DNA of 64,000 bases from the human T2T-CHM13v2.0 reference genome, Homo sapiens. The position numbers were made by a program, and so were the translations under genes. Where the stretch lies: NCBI RefSeq assembly GCF_009914755.1, contig NC_060926.1. One strand, given 5' to 3'. Position 1 is the stretch's first letter; each line of letters begins with the position of its first letter. This document shows, piece after piece, positions 14,032-28,044 of the stretch. The notes beneath the pieces were generated by a model that made no database searches, was not told the origin of the DNA, and worked only from the letters and a program-made list of their open reading frames with translations.

Positions 14032-17000
14032 TCAGTTTTTTTAATCCACGCTTGATTGATGGGCATTTGGGTTGGTTCCATGTTTTTGCAATTATGAATT
14101 GTGCTGCTATAAACATGAGTGTGCAAGTATCTTTTTTGTATAATGACTTCTTTTCCTCTGGATAGATACCCAGTAGTGGGATTGCTGGATCAAACAGTGG
14201 TTCTGCTTTTAATTATTTAAGGAATCTCCACACTGTTTTCCATAGTGGGTGTACTAGTTTACATTCCCACCAGCAGTGTAGAAGTGTTCTCTGTTCATCA
14301 CATCCATGCCAACATCTTCTATTTTTTATTATTATTATTATGGCCATTCTTGCAGGAGTAAGGTGGTATCGCATTGTGGTTTTTGATTTGCATTTTTCTG
14401 ATCATTAGTGATGTTGAGCATTTTTTCATGTTTGTTGGCCATTCAGTTATCTTCTTTTGAGAACTGTCTATTCATATCCTTAGCCCACTTTTTGATGGGG
14501 TTGTTTATTTTTTTCTTGTTGATTTGTTTGAGTACATTGTAGATTCTGGATACTACTCCTTTGTCAGATGTATAGATTGTGGAGATTTTTTTCCCATTCT
14601 GTGGGTTGTCTGTTTACTCTGCTGACTGTTCCTTTTGCCATGCAAAAGCTCTTTAGTTTAATTAAATCCCAGCAATTTATCTTTGTTTTTATCTTTATCT
14701 TTTGGGTTCTTGGTCATGAAATCCTTGCCTAAGCCAATGTCTAGAAGGGTTTTTCCAATGTTATCTTCTAGAATTTTTATAGTTTCAGGTCTTAAAGTCC
14801 TTCATCCATCTTGAGTTGATTTTTGTATAATGTGAGAGATGAGGATCCAGTTTCATTCTCCTACATGTGGCTTGCCAATTATCCCAGCACCATTTGTTGA
14901 AAAGAGTGTCTTTTCCCCACTTTATGTTTTTGTTTGCTTTGCTGAAGATCAGTTGGCTGTAAGTATTTGGGTTTCTTTCTGGGTTCTCTATTCTGTTCCA
15001 TTGGTCTATGTGCCTATTTTTATACCAGTACCATGCTGTTTTGGTGACTATGGTCTTATAGTATAGTTTGTAATCAGGTAATGTGGTGCCTCCAGAATTG
15101 TTCTTTTTGCTTTGTCTTGCTTTGACTGTGCAGACTCTTTTTTGGGTCCATATGAATTTCTAGGGGTTTTTTTTTCTAATTCTGTGAAGAATGATGGTAG
15201 TATTTTGACGGGAATAGTGTTGAATTTGTAGATTGCTTTTGTCAGTATGGTCATTTTCGCAATATTGATTCTACCCATCCATGATCATGGGATGTGTTTC
15301 CATTTGTTTGTGTTATCTATGATTTCTTTCAGCAGTGTTTTATAGTTTTCCTTGTAGAGGTCTTTCACCTTCTTGGGTAGGTATATTCCTAAGTATTGTA
15401 TGGTATGGTATGTTATGGTATGGTATGGTATGGTATGGTATGGTATGGTATTATTTTTATTTGCAGCTATTGTAAAAGGGGTTGAGTTCTTGATTTGATT
15501 CTCAGGTTGGTCGCTGTTAGTGTATAGAAGAGCTACTGATTCTTATACATTAATTTTGTATCCAGAAACTTTGCTGAATTCTTGTATCAGTTCTGGGAGC
15601 TTTCTGGAGGAGTATTTAGGGTTTTCTAGGTAAAGGATCATATCATCAGCAAACAGTGACAGTTTGACTTCCTCTTTACTGATTTGGATGCTGTTTATTT
15701 CTTTCTCTTGTCTGATTGCTCTGGCTAGGACTTCTAGAACTATGTTGAAGAGGAGTGGTAAGAGTTGTTCATCAGAGATATTAGTCTGTAGTTTTCTTTT
15801 TTCATTATGTCCTTTCCTGGTTTTGGTATTAGGGTGCTACTGGCTTCATAGAATGATTTAGGAAGGGTTTCCTCTTTCTCTATCTTGTGGAATAGTGTCA
15901 ATAGGATTGGTACCAATTCTTCTTTGAATGTCTGGTAGAATTCTTCCGTGAATCTGTCTGGTCCTGGACTTTTTTTGTTGGTAACTTTGTAATTATCACT
16001 TTAATATCACTGCTTATTATTGGTCTGTTCAGGGTATCTAATTCTTCCTGATTTAAGCTAGGAGAGTTTATCATTCCAGGAATTTATTCATCTCTTCTAG
16101 ATTTTCTAGTTTATGCATGTAAAGGTGTTCATAGTAGACTTGAATGATTTTTTTGTATTTCTATTGTGTCCATTGTAATATCTCCCATTTTGTTTTTCAT
16201 TGAGATTATTTGGATTTTCTCCCTTCTTTTCTTGGTTAATCTTGCTAATGGTCTATCAATTTTATTTATCTTTTCAAAGAACCAGCTTTCTGTTTCATTT
16301 ATCTTTTGTATTTTTTTGTTTGTTTCAATTTCATTTAGTTCTGCTCTGATCTTGGTTATTTCCTTTCTTCTGCTGGTTTTGGGTTTGGTTTGTTCTTGTT
16401 TCTCTAGTTCCTTGAGGTATGACCTTAGATTGTCTGTTTCTGCTCTTTCAGACTTTGGATGTAGGCGTTTAGGGCTATGAACTTTCCTCTTAGCACTGCC
16501 TTTGCTGCGTCACAGAGGTGTTGATAGGTTGTGTCACTACTGTCGTTCAGTTCGAAGAATTTTTGATTTCCATGTTGATTTCATTTTTGACACAATGATC
16601 ATTCAGGAGCAGGATATTTAATTTCCATGTATTTGCATGTTTTTAAAGGCTCCTTTTGGAGTTGATTTCCAGTTTTATTCCACTGTGGTCTGAGAGAGTA
16701 CCTGATACAATTTCAATTTTCTTAAATTTATTGAGGCTTGTTGTGTGTCCCTCATGTGGTCTATCTTGGAGAAAGTTCCATGTACTGTTGAATAGAATGT
16801 ATACTCTGTTGTTGTTGGATGGAATGTTCTGTATGTATCTGTTAAATCCATTTGTTCCTGGATGTATTTTAAATCCATTGTTTCTTTGTTGACTTTCTGT
16901 GTTGATGACCTGTCTGCTGCAATCAGGGGAGTACTGAAGTCCCCCACTATTATTGTGTTGCTGTGTATCTCATTTCTTAGGTCTATTAGTAACTGTCTTA

Positions 17001-17358
17001 AATTTGGGAGCTCCAGTGTTAGGTGCATATATGTTTAGGATTGTGATATCTTCCTTTTGGATAAGGCCTTTTATCATTATATAATGTCCCTCTTTGTCTT
17101 TTTTAACTGCTGTTGCTTTAATGTTTGTTTTGCCTGATATAAGAATAGCTACTCCTGCTCACTTTTGGTGTCCATTTGCATGAAATGCCTTTTTCCACCT
17201 TTACCTTAAATTTGTGCAAGTCCTTATGTGTTAGGTGAGTGTGTGAAGGCAGCAGATGGTTGGTGAATTCTGTCTGCAATTCTGTATCTTTTAAGTGGAG
17301 GATTTAGGCCATTTGCATCCAATGTTAATACTGAGATATGAGGTACCATTCCATTCAT
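14032..17358 (-). pseudogene. L1 ORF2 remnant (EN/RT; frameshifts and an internal deletion)
   Basis: MNGMVPHISVLTL start; EN pieces TIIVGDFSTPL and TFSKIDHM; RT motif FADD at 15642-15653; [19 protein letters not shown]; C-terminal [20 protein letters not shown]. Confidence 0.88.
15398..15451. repeat. (TATGG)n pentanucleotide microsatellite inside L1 ORF2
   Basis: About 10 units seen directly. Confidence 0.9.
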
Positions 17359-17459
17359 TGTGCTATTTGTTGCCTGTGTACCTTGGTTTTTTGTTTTTAG
17401 TTTTTGTTTTTTAAATTGTACTTTTGTTGTATAGGTCCTGTGAGACTTATGCCTTAGGT

Positions 17460-18458
17460 TCTGTTTTGATGTACTTCCAAAATTTGTTTCAGTATTTAGA
17501 GCTCCTTTTAGCAGTTTTTGTAGTTGTGGCTTGATAGTGGCGAATTCTCTCAGCGTTTGTTTGTCTGAAAAAGATTGTATCTTTCCTTCATATATGAAGC
17601 TTAATTTCACTGGATACAAAATTCTTGGCTGATCATTGTTTTCTTTGAGAAGGCTGAAGATAGGGCCCCAATCCCTTCTATCTTACAGGGTTTCTGCTGA
17701 GAAATCTGGTGTTAATCTGATAGGTTTTCCTTTATAGGTTACCTGGTGCTTTTTTCTCAAAGTTCTTAAGATTCTTTCCTTCATCTTAACTTTAGATAAC
17801 CTGATTACAATGTGTCTAGGCAATGATCTTTTTGCGATGAATTTCCCAGTTGTTCTTGTGCTTCTTGTATTTGAATATCTAGGTCTCTAGCAAGGCAGGG
17901 GAAGTTTTCCTTGATTGTTCCCCCAAATATTTTTTCCAAACTTTTAGATTTGTCTTTTTCAGGAGCACCAGTTATTCTTAGGTTTGGTCATTTAACATAA
18001 TCCTAGGCTTCTTGGAGGCTTTGTTCATATTTTCTTATTCTTTTCTCTTTGTCTTTGTTGGATTGGTTAATTCGAAGACTTTGTGTTTGAGCTCTCTAAA
18101 TTTCTTTCTTCTACTTGTTCAGTTCTATTGCTGAGACTTTCCAGAGCATTTTGCATTGCTATAATTGTGTCCATTGTTTCCTGAATATTTGATTGTTTTC
18201 TATTTATGCTATCTATTTCCTTGAATATTTCTCCCTTCACTTCTTGTATCAATTTTTTATTTCCTTGTATTGGGCTTTGCCTTTCTCTGGTGCCTCCCTG
18301 ATTAGCTTAATAACTAACCTCCTGAATTCTTTTTCAGGTAAATCAGGGATTTCTTCTTGGTTTGGGTCCATTGCTGATGAGGTAGTGTGAATTTTGGGGG
18401 GTGTTAAAGAACCTTGTTTTGTCATATTACCAGGGTTAGTTTTCTGGTTCCTTCTCAT
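17460..18458 (-). pseudogene. L1 ORF1 remnant (frameshifted)
   Basis: ORF-track pieces MRRNQKTNPGNM...EKEFRRLVIKLI, ...ESLSNRTEQVEER and YPVKLSFIYEGKIQSFSDKQTLREFAT match L1 ORF1p. Confidence 0.85.
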
Positions 18459-20629
18459 TTGGGTAGGCTCTGTCAGAGGGAAGGTCTAGGGCTGAAGGCT
18501 GTCGTTCAGATTCTTTTGTCCCACAGGCTGTTCCCTTGATGTAGTACTCTCCCCCTTTTTCTATGGATGGGGCTTCCTGAGAGCTAAACTATAGTGATTG
18601 TTTTCTCTCTTCTGGATTGTGCCACCCAGCAAGTCTACCAGCCTCCAGGCTGGTACTGGGGGTTGTCTGCCCAGAGTCCTGTGATGTGAACTGTCTGTGG
18701 GTCTCTCAGCCATGGATGCCAGCACCTGTTCCAGTGGAGGTGGCAGAGTGGTGAAAAGGACTCTGAGTGTTCTTAGCTTTAGTAGTTTAATGCACTATTT
18801 TTGTGCTGGTTGGCCTCCTGCCAGGAAGTGGCGCTTTCCAGAGAGTATCAGCTGTGGTAGTATGGGGAGGAACAGGTGGTGGGCAGGGCCCTAGAACTCC
18901 CAAGAGTAGATGCCCTTTGTCTTCAGTAACCAGGGCAGGTAGGGAAGGACCACTGGGGTTGGGTCAAGTCTAGGCGTGTCTGAGCTCAGACTCTCCTTGG
19001 GAGGTTCTTCCTGTGTTGTGGGGATGGGGGTAAGGCCCCAGGTCAATGAAGTTATGTTCCTAGGAGGATTATGACTGCCTCTACTATGTCATGCAGGCTG
19101 TCAGGGCAGTAGGGGAAAGCCGGCAGTCACAGGCCTCACCAAGCTCCCATGTAATCCGAAGGGCCAATCTCACTCCCACCATGCCCCTGCCAACAGCACT
19201 AAGTCTGTTTCCAGGCAGTGGGTGAGCAGGGCTGAGAACTTGCCCCAGGCTACCCACCTCCCAGCTATGAAAACAAATATGGGTTTCCTTCTTCCCTCAC
19301 CTATGGAGTCTGCACACCAGACTCACATCCTCCCCCGAGTTCTGGCCAGGAGGCTGCTCTATCAGTTCAAATTTTTACACGTTTAGCTGGAGATTTCCTT
19401 CTTTCTGTGGCCTTTTCCCAGCACCTCTGGCTGCCCTGCAGAAGGACCCCTGTGTGGCCAGGCAAAAACGGCTTGCTTGGGGACCTAGTGAGTTCCCAGG
19501 GCATTTCCCGCTGCTTCCTCTACCCCTGTATTTCGCTCAGCTCTCTAAATTGACTCAGTTCCAGGTAAGGTCAAAATCTTCTCCAGTAATCTAGGCCTTC
19601 AGTTCCCCCAGTGGGGTGTGTGTGTTTGGGGGTAGATGATCTCCCTTTCCCATTTCCACAGTTTGGGCTCTCACAGTATTTGTGGTGTCTCCCAGGTCCT
19701 GCAGGAGTAATACGCTTCCTTCAGGGGGTCTGTGGGTCCTCTCAGGTTTCCTGATTTACTCCTGCAGTTGAACTGGAGCAAAAATTCACAATGCAAGCCT
19801 CCACACGCTGCTCTGTCCATCCGAGTTGGAGCTGCAATCTAGTCCTGCCTCCTGTCCGCCATGATCCTCTCCAATCCTCCGCATTCTCTAGCCTGCATTA
19901 TAAAATTTACATGAGTCAGCCCTGCCTGAGCACTTTGCATAATCTTAGTAGACAGGAATGAGTAGCTGCTGTGTCCTTTAGATGAGCTGTGTGTTCTCCC
20001 TGATGTCATCCACCCCAGCTCACTTGATTTATCTCCATTACCTGCCTTCCGCACAACTTTGTAAGAGATGTACCTCTACAAATGTGTCAGAGAAGAAGAG
20101 GAGTTCTCCATGTGAAGAATGGTGGGAAGAGTGTTCCAGGCTATGGAAACAGCATCTAGAGAGGTCCTGGATCAGGAAAGAGCCTAGACATACAAGGAAA
20201 TGGAGGACAGACAATGTGGGTAGAGCAGAGTACACCAAAAGTGGAATTAGAGATGATGCTGGAGCAGGAGGGAAGACCAAGCCATACAAAGCCCTGTAAG
20301 TCAAATTAGTAATTTTTAGATATAAGTTTAGATCAACGGTTCTTAAAACTTAGTATGAGTAAGAACTAAAGGAAGAGAGTCTTGGAAAATGAAGATTCTG
20401 ATGAAAATATTCTAATCTATCAATCTGCATTTTTAATAAGAATTCTGTTTGAGAATCTCCATTTTTAATAGAAATCTCAACTGGGTACAGACCACACTTG
20501 AAAAGCCTCTAAAGGGTTTTGAGTAGGGGAAAAACATAACTTGAGTTTTAACCACATGGAAGGCTGTGTTGAAAATGGACTCAAGTGAAGCAAATATAAA
20601 GCACTTGAGGTTTTTTTGGAGGGGTTGAG

Positions 20630-21050
20630 GGAGGCCTTTATTTTCCCCATTAATTTTGTTATAGTCTTGTGAAATTCTTATCAACATAAAATCCATATAC
20701 AATAAAGCTGGCCCCTTTACAGTGTTCAATTCAGGCCTTTTAGTGTATTCATAAAATTGTACACTAGTCACCATTAACTAATTTCAGGACATTTCGGCAC
20801 CCCTTAAAATAAAACCTCATATTCATCAGCAGTCACTGCCTCTTTTCCCCTCCTTTTGGCGTCTTTCTAAACCATGAATCTAGTTTTGGTCTCTCTGGAT
20901 TTACCTATTCTGGACATTTCATATAAATGAAATCATGAAATATATGGTCTTCTGTGTCTGGCTTCTTTCACTTAGTACAATGTTTCAAGGTTTATCCATG
21001 TTGTAGCATGTAAAAAAATAATACTCCATTGTATGGATATACCACATTGG
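20630..21050 (-). mobile_element. L1MB-type 3' end
   Basis: gatttacctattctggacatttcatataaatgaaatc...tggcttctttcacttag...tccatgttgtagcatg. Confidence 0.75.
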
Positions 21051-22436
21051 CATAAATTTTTCTTAGTATTCTCTACAAACCTTTTCAATGTCTGTAGTTT
21101 GGGTAGTGATGTGTCCCTCTTTTATTCTTAATTTTAGTAATTTATGTCTTCTCTATGGTCAGTCTAGATCAAGATTTATCAGTTTTGTTGATCTTCACAA
21201 AGAACCAAGTTTGGGCTTCATTAATTTTTCCCTATTGATTTTATTTCCCTATTTTATTAATCTTCATTTTGGTCTGTATTATTTCCACTTTTCCGTTTAC
21301 TTTTGGTTTATGTTTTTGTTTTGCTGTTTTTCTAGTTTCTTATGGTAAATGTTAGATTATTAATTTTAGACCTTCTTTCTTTTCTAATACAGACAACTTT
21401 GGGCTATTTCACTTAAATGACTGTGTTAGCCACATCTCATAAATTTTTATATGTTTCATTTTCTTTTCATTCAGTTCAAAATATTTTCTAATACTTCATG
21501 ATTTTTTTTCTTTGACTCATATTTTTTAGAAGTGTGTTGTTTAGTTTTTAAATATTTGATGATTTCCCAATGTTCTTTCTATTGCTGATTTCCAATTAAA
21601 ATGCACTGGAATTTGTAAGTATACTTTGAATGATTTTATTTCTTTTAAATTTATTGTGATGCGTTGTTTTGTAGCCAAGTACATGATCTATCCTGAAAAA
21701 TGTTTTGTGTGCTCTTGAAAATAATTACCATTTGGTTCTTTCTTATAATTTTTCTTTTTTTTATTGATATTCTTTATTTGGTATGGCATTGTTCTTTGTT
21801 TTGGTTTACTTCTTTATACATAATTTCCTTTAGTTCTTGAATATATGTATAATATTTAATAGCTGATTTAAAATCTTTGCCTAGTATATTCAACATATGG
21901 GTTTCTTTGGGGACAGTTCCTATTGACTGTTTTTATTCCTCTAAATGAGCAATACTTTCTGGTTTCTTTGCATGTGTCATAATCTTTTATTGAAGCTGGA
22001 TATTTTAAATAATATACTGTGCCAACTCAATCAGATTTTCCCTTCCCCCCTTCCCCAGGGTTTGTTGTTATTGCTGTTTGTTGTGGTAGTTGTTAATATA
22101 TTTGTTTGTTTAGTGGCTTTCCTGAACTAACTCTGTAAAATACTCTATTTTGTGGTTGTGTGTGGCCACTGAAGTCTCCAATCAGTGAGGTTAATGGCCA
22201 GCTAGTGATTGGACAGAGCTTCCCTTAAATGTCTTGAACCAATCAATATACTTTCTAGACTTTGTCAAGGACCTTTGTGTATGATGGGGCATGCTTTCAA
22301 TGCTCTGGCAGTCAGTTTACAGCTCTGCCTTAGCCTTTACTTCCTGCTTATCGAGAGCTTCAAAGTTATCCAGAGGCGTGATCATCAGGCCTACTTGGAC
22401 ATGTGCATAGCCTGGTACATGTATGTGGCCCTTTAG

Positions 22437-22755
<319 letters not shown>

Positions 22756-23324
22756 ATGTTGAAGCTTTTTAAAGTCTCTATGGACATTTCATTCTCAAGG
22801 TTTTCCTTTGAAGATTTTTGGTCAGACTCTTGTTAGTCCCAACTGGTAACCCTGCCTCAGGCAGCTGTGTTGTTAAGCAGTTGCTACTGATTGTCTTTGA
22901 CAAATGCTCTGTAGGTAGGGCTATTTGCATAAAGTGAGAACTGTGTCAGGTCTAACTAATGCAAGCCCTGAGAATGGAGCCAGAAAGGTCAAATAGTGAC
23001 AATTCTTTGGTGATTGGATATTTGGGGAGCTTCAAATTCATTTTGTCTCCTCCAGTGACTTCTAGAATGCTTGTTTCCATAGCGAACATAGTTGTGAGGA
23101 TGCTGGTTTTTAAGATTACTGCAGAGCTAGGACGAAGGAGATGGGTTGAGGCTAATTAAAACCCCACAGTGCTCACTGTTCCTATCAAGAGTCAGCCATA
23201 TTTCCTAAATAAACAGTCCTCAAATTGTTGCAAGCCTTTAGTTAATTTACAAAGTTCTGACAAAGTTAATTTTGACATTTAACAGCTTTTGCTAGTATTT
23301 TCATTGCTTTTATGGAGAAGCAGC

Positions 23325-23644
23325 TTTTCTTTTCTTTTTTTTTTTTTTCTTTTTTTGAGACAGGGTCTCACTATGTTGCCCAGGCTGGTGTGCAGTGGGC
23401 AATCATGGCTCATTGCAGCCTCAAACTCCCAGGCTCAGGTGATCCTTCTGCCTCAGCCTCCTGCAGAGCTGGGACTACAGGTATATGCAACCACGTCTTG
23501 CTAATTTTGTGAATTATTATTTTTTGTAGAGACAAGGTCATGCCATGTTGCCCAGGCTGGTCTCAAACTCCTGGGCTCAAGTTATCCTCCTACCTTGGCC
23601 TCCCAAAGTGCTTGGATTAGAGGCGTGAGTCACCACACCCAGCT
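23325..23644 (-). mobile_element. AluJ
   Basis: gagacagggtctcactatgttgcccagg...gcagcctcaaactcccaggctcagg. Confidence 0.9.
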
Positions 23645-24493
23645 GAGCAGATTTTCAGAGGTCCTTATTCCACTATTCTGGAAAATGACTGCTGCCATTT
23701 CATTGATTCATTCACTCATTCACACAGTGACTGATAAATCAATGCTTTTTCATTCAACAAATATTTATTGTTATTTGTTGTGTGTCAGAAGTATATTCAT
23801 AATCTGGTTATGCAAAGATTAACAAGGTAGGGTCCCTCCCGAGGGGAGTTGAATGTATGGGAACAGAGGAAACAAAAACACTGGAAGTAAATCCTGGTGG
23901 TATAACATGATGATTTGTGTAACAGCAATATGTAAAGAATATAATGGAAGAGTAAATGGGGAGCAAGTCACTCCATGGTAGCTTTGTAGTAACCACTATA
24001 GAATGGGTAATTTCTAAGCTAAGTAAATGAGTAAAAGCTTATCAAGGAGGCTTTTTACCAATGAGTAAATGAGTAAAAGTTTATCAAGGAAGAGAGCAGA
24101 TACACCAGATAGAGAGAACGGTGTGAGCAAAGACAAGAGATGAAAATGCCGTGGAAGTTCATTTGACTGAAACATCGTGTTGAAAGTTGGCTCCTGTAGA
24201 AAATAGGTAGTATTGAAAGATTTTAAAGCAGAGTAGGTAGTATGGTAGCGAAGACTGGATTAAAGAGCTATATTTGGACTCGAGTAGAATGGGTTTAGGT
24301 GGTGACTCAAGTGCAGGACCAAGAGAGCAGGTAGAACAACATTTTCAGCATTCATGTCTCAGAGTTCCTCCTTGTCAATATAATTTGTTAATATTCTTTG
24401 TGAGATAGATGAATTCATGCTTTGTACAATTGTCTAGGTGTGCTTAGTGGTCCATCACCCCAAAATCACCTAAGCTCAAGAATGCCAGAATCA

Positions 24494-24945
<452 letters not shown>

Positions 24946-25205
24946 TTAGATGAGCTTCACTTAAATACCATTCATTGTTAATTAACCATATGATAAATTT
25001 TTTAAAACCACCTTACAGGAAGTATGAGAAAGGCAAAACCTATTAACGCTACCATTATCATGCAGTTATTGTCCTGCACAGTCCTTTCAAATAATTTTCC
25101 TTCGTCTATTTTTATATATTAGCAACATTTTCCACACTATCTTGAATCCCATTTTACTATTTGAAGACAAAAGCATTTCATATATTGATCCACTGTTTGT
25201 ATATA

Positions 25206-26042
<837 letters not shown>

Positions 26043-27289
26043 AACCTGTATTATTTTTAGTGGATACATTATGTTTCTGCTGGGGCACATGTTATAATTT
26101 AATCAAAATGTCTACCACTATCAGATATTTCTATCAAATAAAGTGGTTTATCAGTTCAAGAACACTGAGAATCACTGGGTTAGGAAGCTATATGTTAAAA
26201 CTATTTATTATTTTCCTGCTTTCAAAATAAAATCGCTACCTGCCAAACGATAGCACCAAGTTCACTGGGGATCCTTGATTAGGGAAATAAGAGTCTGCAG
26301 TTCTACTTGGAGAATATCCCTTGTGTCACAAACTAGGCTTGCCTGGTGATAGCCTGACTTAGCAAATACTGGCCTGTGGTATCCAGATAAGGCATTCTCT
26401 TCTGGCATCACAGAGATCGCTAGCATTTTCAGAATGTTCCATTGATCTCAGCTTCCCTTTTAGAGACCTAGGTGGGTCTTTATTTCTCATAGACAAAGAG
26501 GAATGCAATGCCTGTATTTGAACAGGAACATTTATGTGGCCTAGGCAGTTATTTGCCATACTTTCCTCAAGTTTATTTCATTCTGTTCCCAGAAAAACAG
26601 ACCAGGGAATTGGTTAAGAGGAGTCCTGTTTATAATACACCGTGTACCCTCTTTGCAGGCAAGGTCTCATTTAATTTATTTTTAAAAGTAAGTACATGCT
26701 GGGAAGGACTGCTTTTCTAAAGCTTGGGAAATAAGAAACAATAGCAGACATTCACTTGCAGGTTTGGAAAGATAAAGAAATCAAAATACACTGCTAGCCT
26801 CATTTATTAGATAAGTGGCAGTATCTTACCTATATCAATTATCAGTCAGCCAAAAACGATGTAAATTTTATTTATCCAACTCCCATTTCTCATTAAGTTC
26901 TTCACCCTGGGGGGCACACGCAACCTCAGTTTTATGTGACTACACAAAAATCAAGCCAGAAGCTGTCTTTTCTTTTCTCTGAATAAGCTACATTTTCAAA
27001 GACACACTCCCCACACAGAGGCTTGGAGTAACCGTGGGTGCATAACCCAAAGAGAGTTTCTCTTTTGTTGAGAGGAATGGAAGAGAATCAGGTTAGGACT
27101 GAAAGGGGTCTTTGAGATCATCTAGTTCAAGGATTATCAAATGCCTTCTATTTGCCAGTGCAAACTCACTACAAAAAAAAAAAAAAAATACCACCATTGG
27201 AGCTTTTACAAACACAGATTACCACAACTCAGACCTGGGGATTCTAACAACGGGACAATGCTCATAGTTTATTCTCCTGCTCAGCCAGG

Positions 27290-27432
27290 TTTGAAAACCA
27301 ATAAAATAGTCCAACGTTCTGATTTTACAAACGAAAAAACAGAGAGCCAGAGAAGATGACATTCAACTAGTTACTTACAGAGGCAAGATCAAAATTTCTA
27401 GCCCTAGTTTTTCCACTCTATCACACTGCCTT
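27290..27432 (-). mobile_element. MIR fragment (preceded by a MER5-like piece from ~27130)
   Basis: attttacaaacgaaaaaacagagagccagagaagatgac...ttttccactctatcacactgcc. Confidence 0.5.
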
Positions 27433-27689
27433 CCTAAAACTATAACTACATGCTAAGTGCCCTCAAAAACAATTTGAGGGTTCACCAGGTAAAATGCGAA
27501 TGAGCTAAATGTTCACTCGTTTGGAGAGCAAAGGAGTGTTCTCCTAAACAAAGAAAACCCAGGTAACTGATTACTTAGAGGGAGAATGTTAGTTTCAGTG
27601 CCTTCTGCATGTGCTATGCACTCCCTTTTACCTCAGCACAGCCTCACCTACATGAGATGAAGATCCATAAGAGCAGGAGAAGTTTACTC

Positions 27690-27880
27690 ACTTCCTTTGC
27701 AAATATTTATAAATGAATCTAAATACCTCTTATCGGACTGTGCTAGGCCTTGGAAATAGAGCTGATGAACAAAAGAGACCTAGTCTCTACCATAATGAGC
27801 TTACAGCTTAGTGGTGGTTAAAGATAATGAAGTAGGTAATTTGTAATTTGGTATGGCGAGTGTTATGATGAGGGGATTAC
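27690..27880 (-). mobile_element. L2 3' end
   Basis: caaatatttat...tgtgctaggccttggaaatagagc...gagcttacagcttagtgg. Confidence 0.6.
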
Positions 27881-28044
27881 AGGAGAAACCAAACTTTTAA
27901 AGCCTTTATATAATTACAAAGGAATGGTTTTTACCAAGAGGAATTTCCTATTGATTCAAAATCGTAGGAGAAATTAAAGATATGAATATATTCATGAAGT
28001 AGATATAATTTTAGCATTTCAAAACACCCAACCAACTGACCAAT

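Larger units (their letters stand above)
12996..19886 (-). mobile_element. Full-length, inactivated L1PB (L1PB1-type 3' end, L1PBa-type 5' UTR)
   Basis: Perfect 22-bp TSD tctagcctgcattataaaattt at 12974-12995 and 19887-19908. 5' end reads gatcatggcggacaggaggcaggactagattgcagctcc on the minus strand; 3' end is ggtgaacaagtggtgttttgttacatgagtaagttctttagtggtg. Confidence 0.92.

Noticed and set aside
13859-18458. L1 ORF1/ORF2 fragments as functional CDS
   Set aside because: Multiple stops and frameshifts, an RT deletion and an inserted microsatellite; reported as pseudogene remnants
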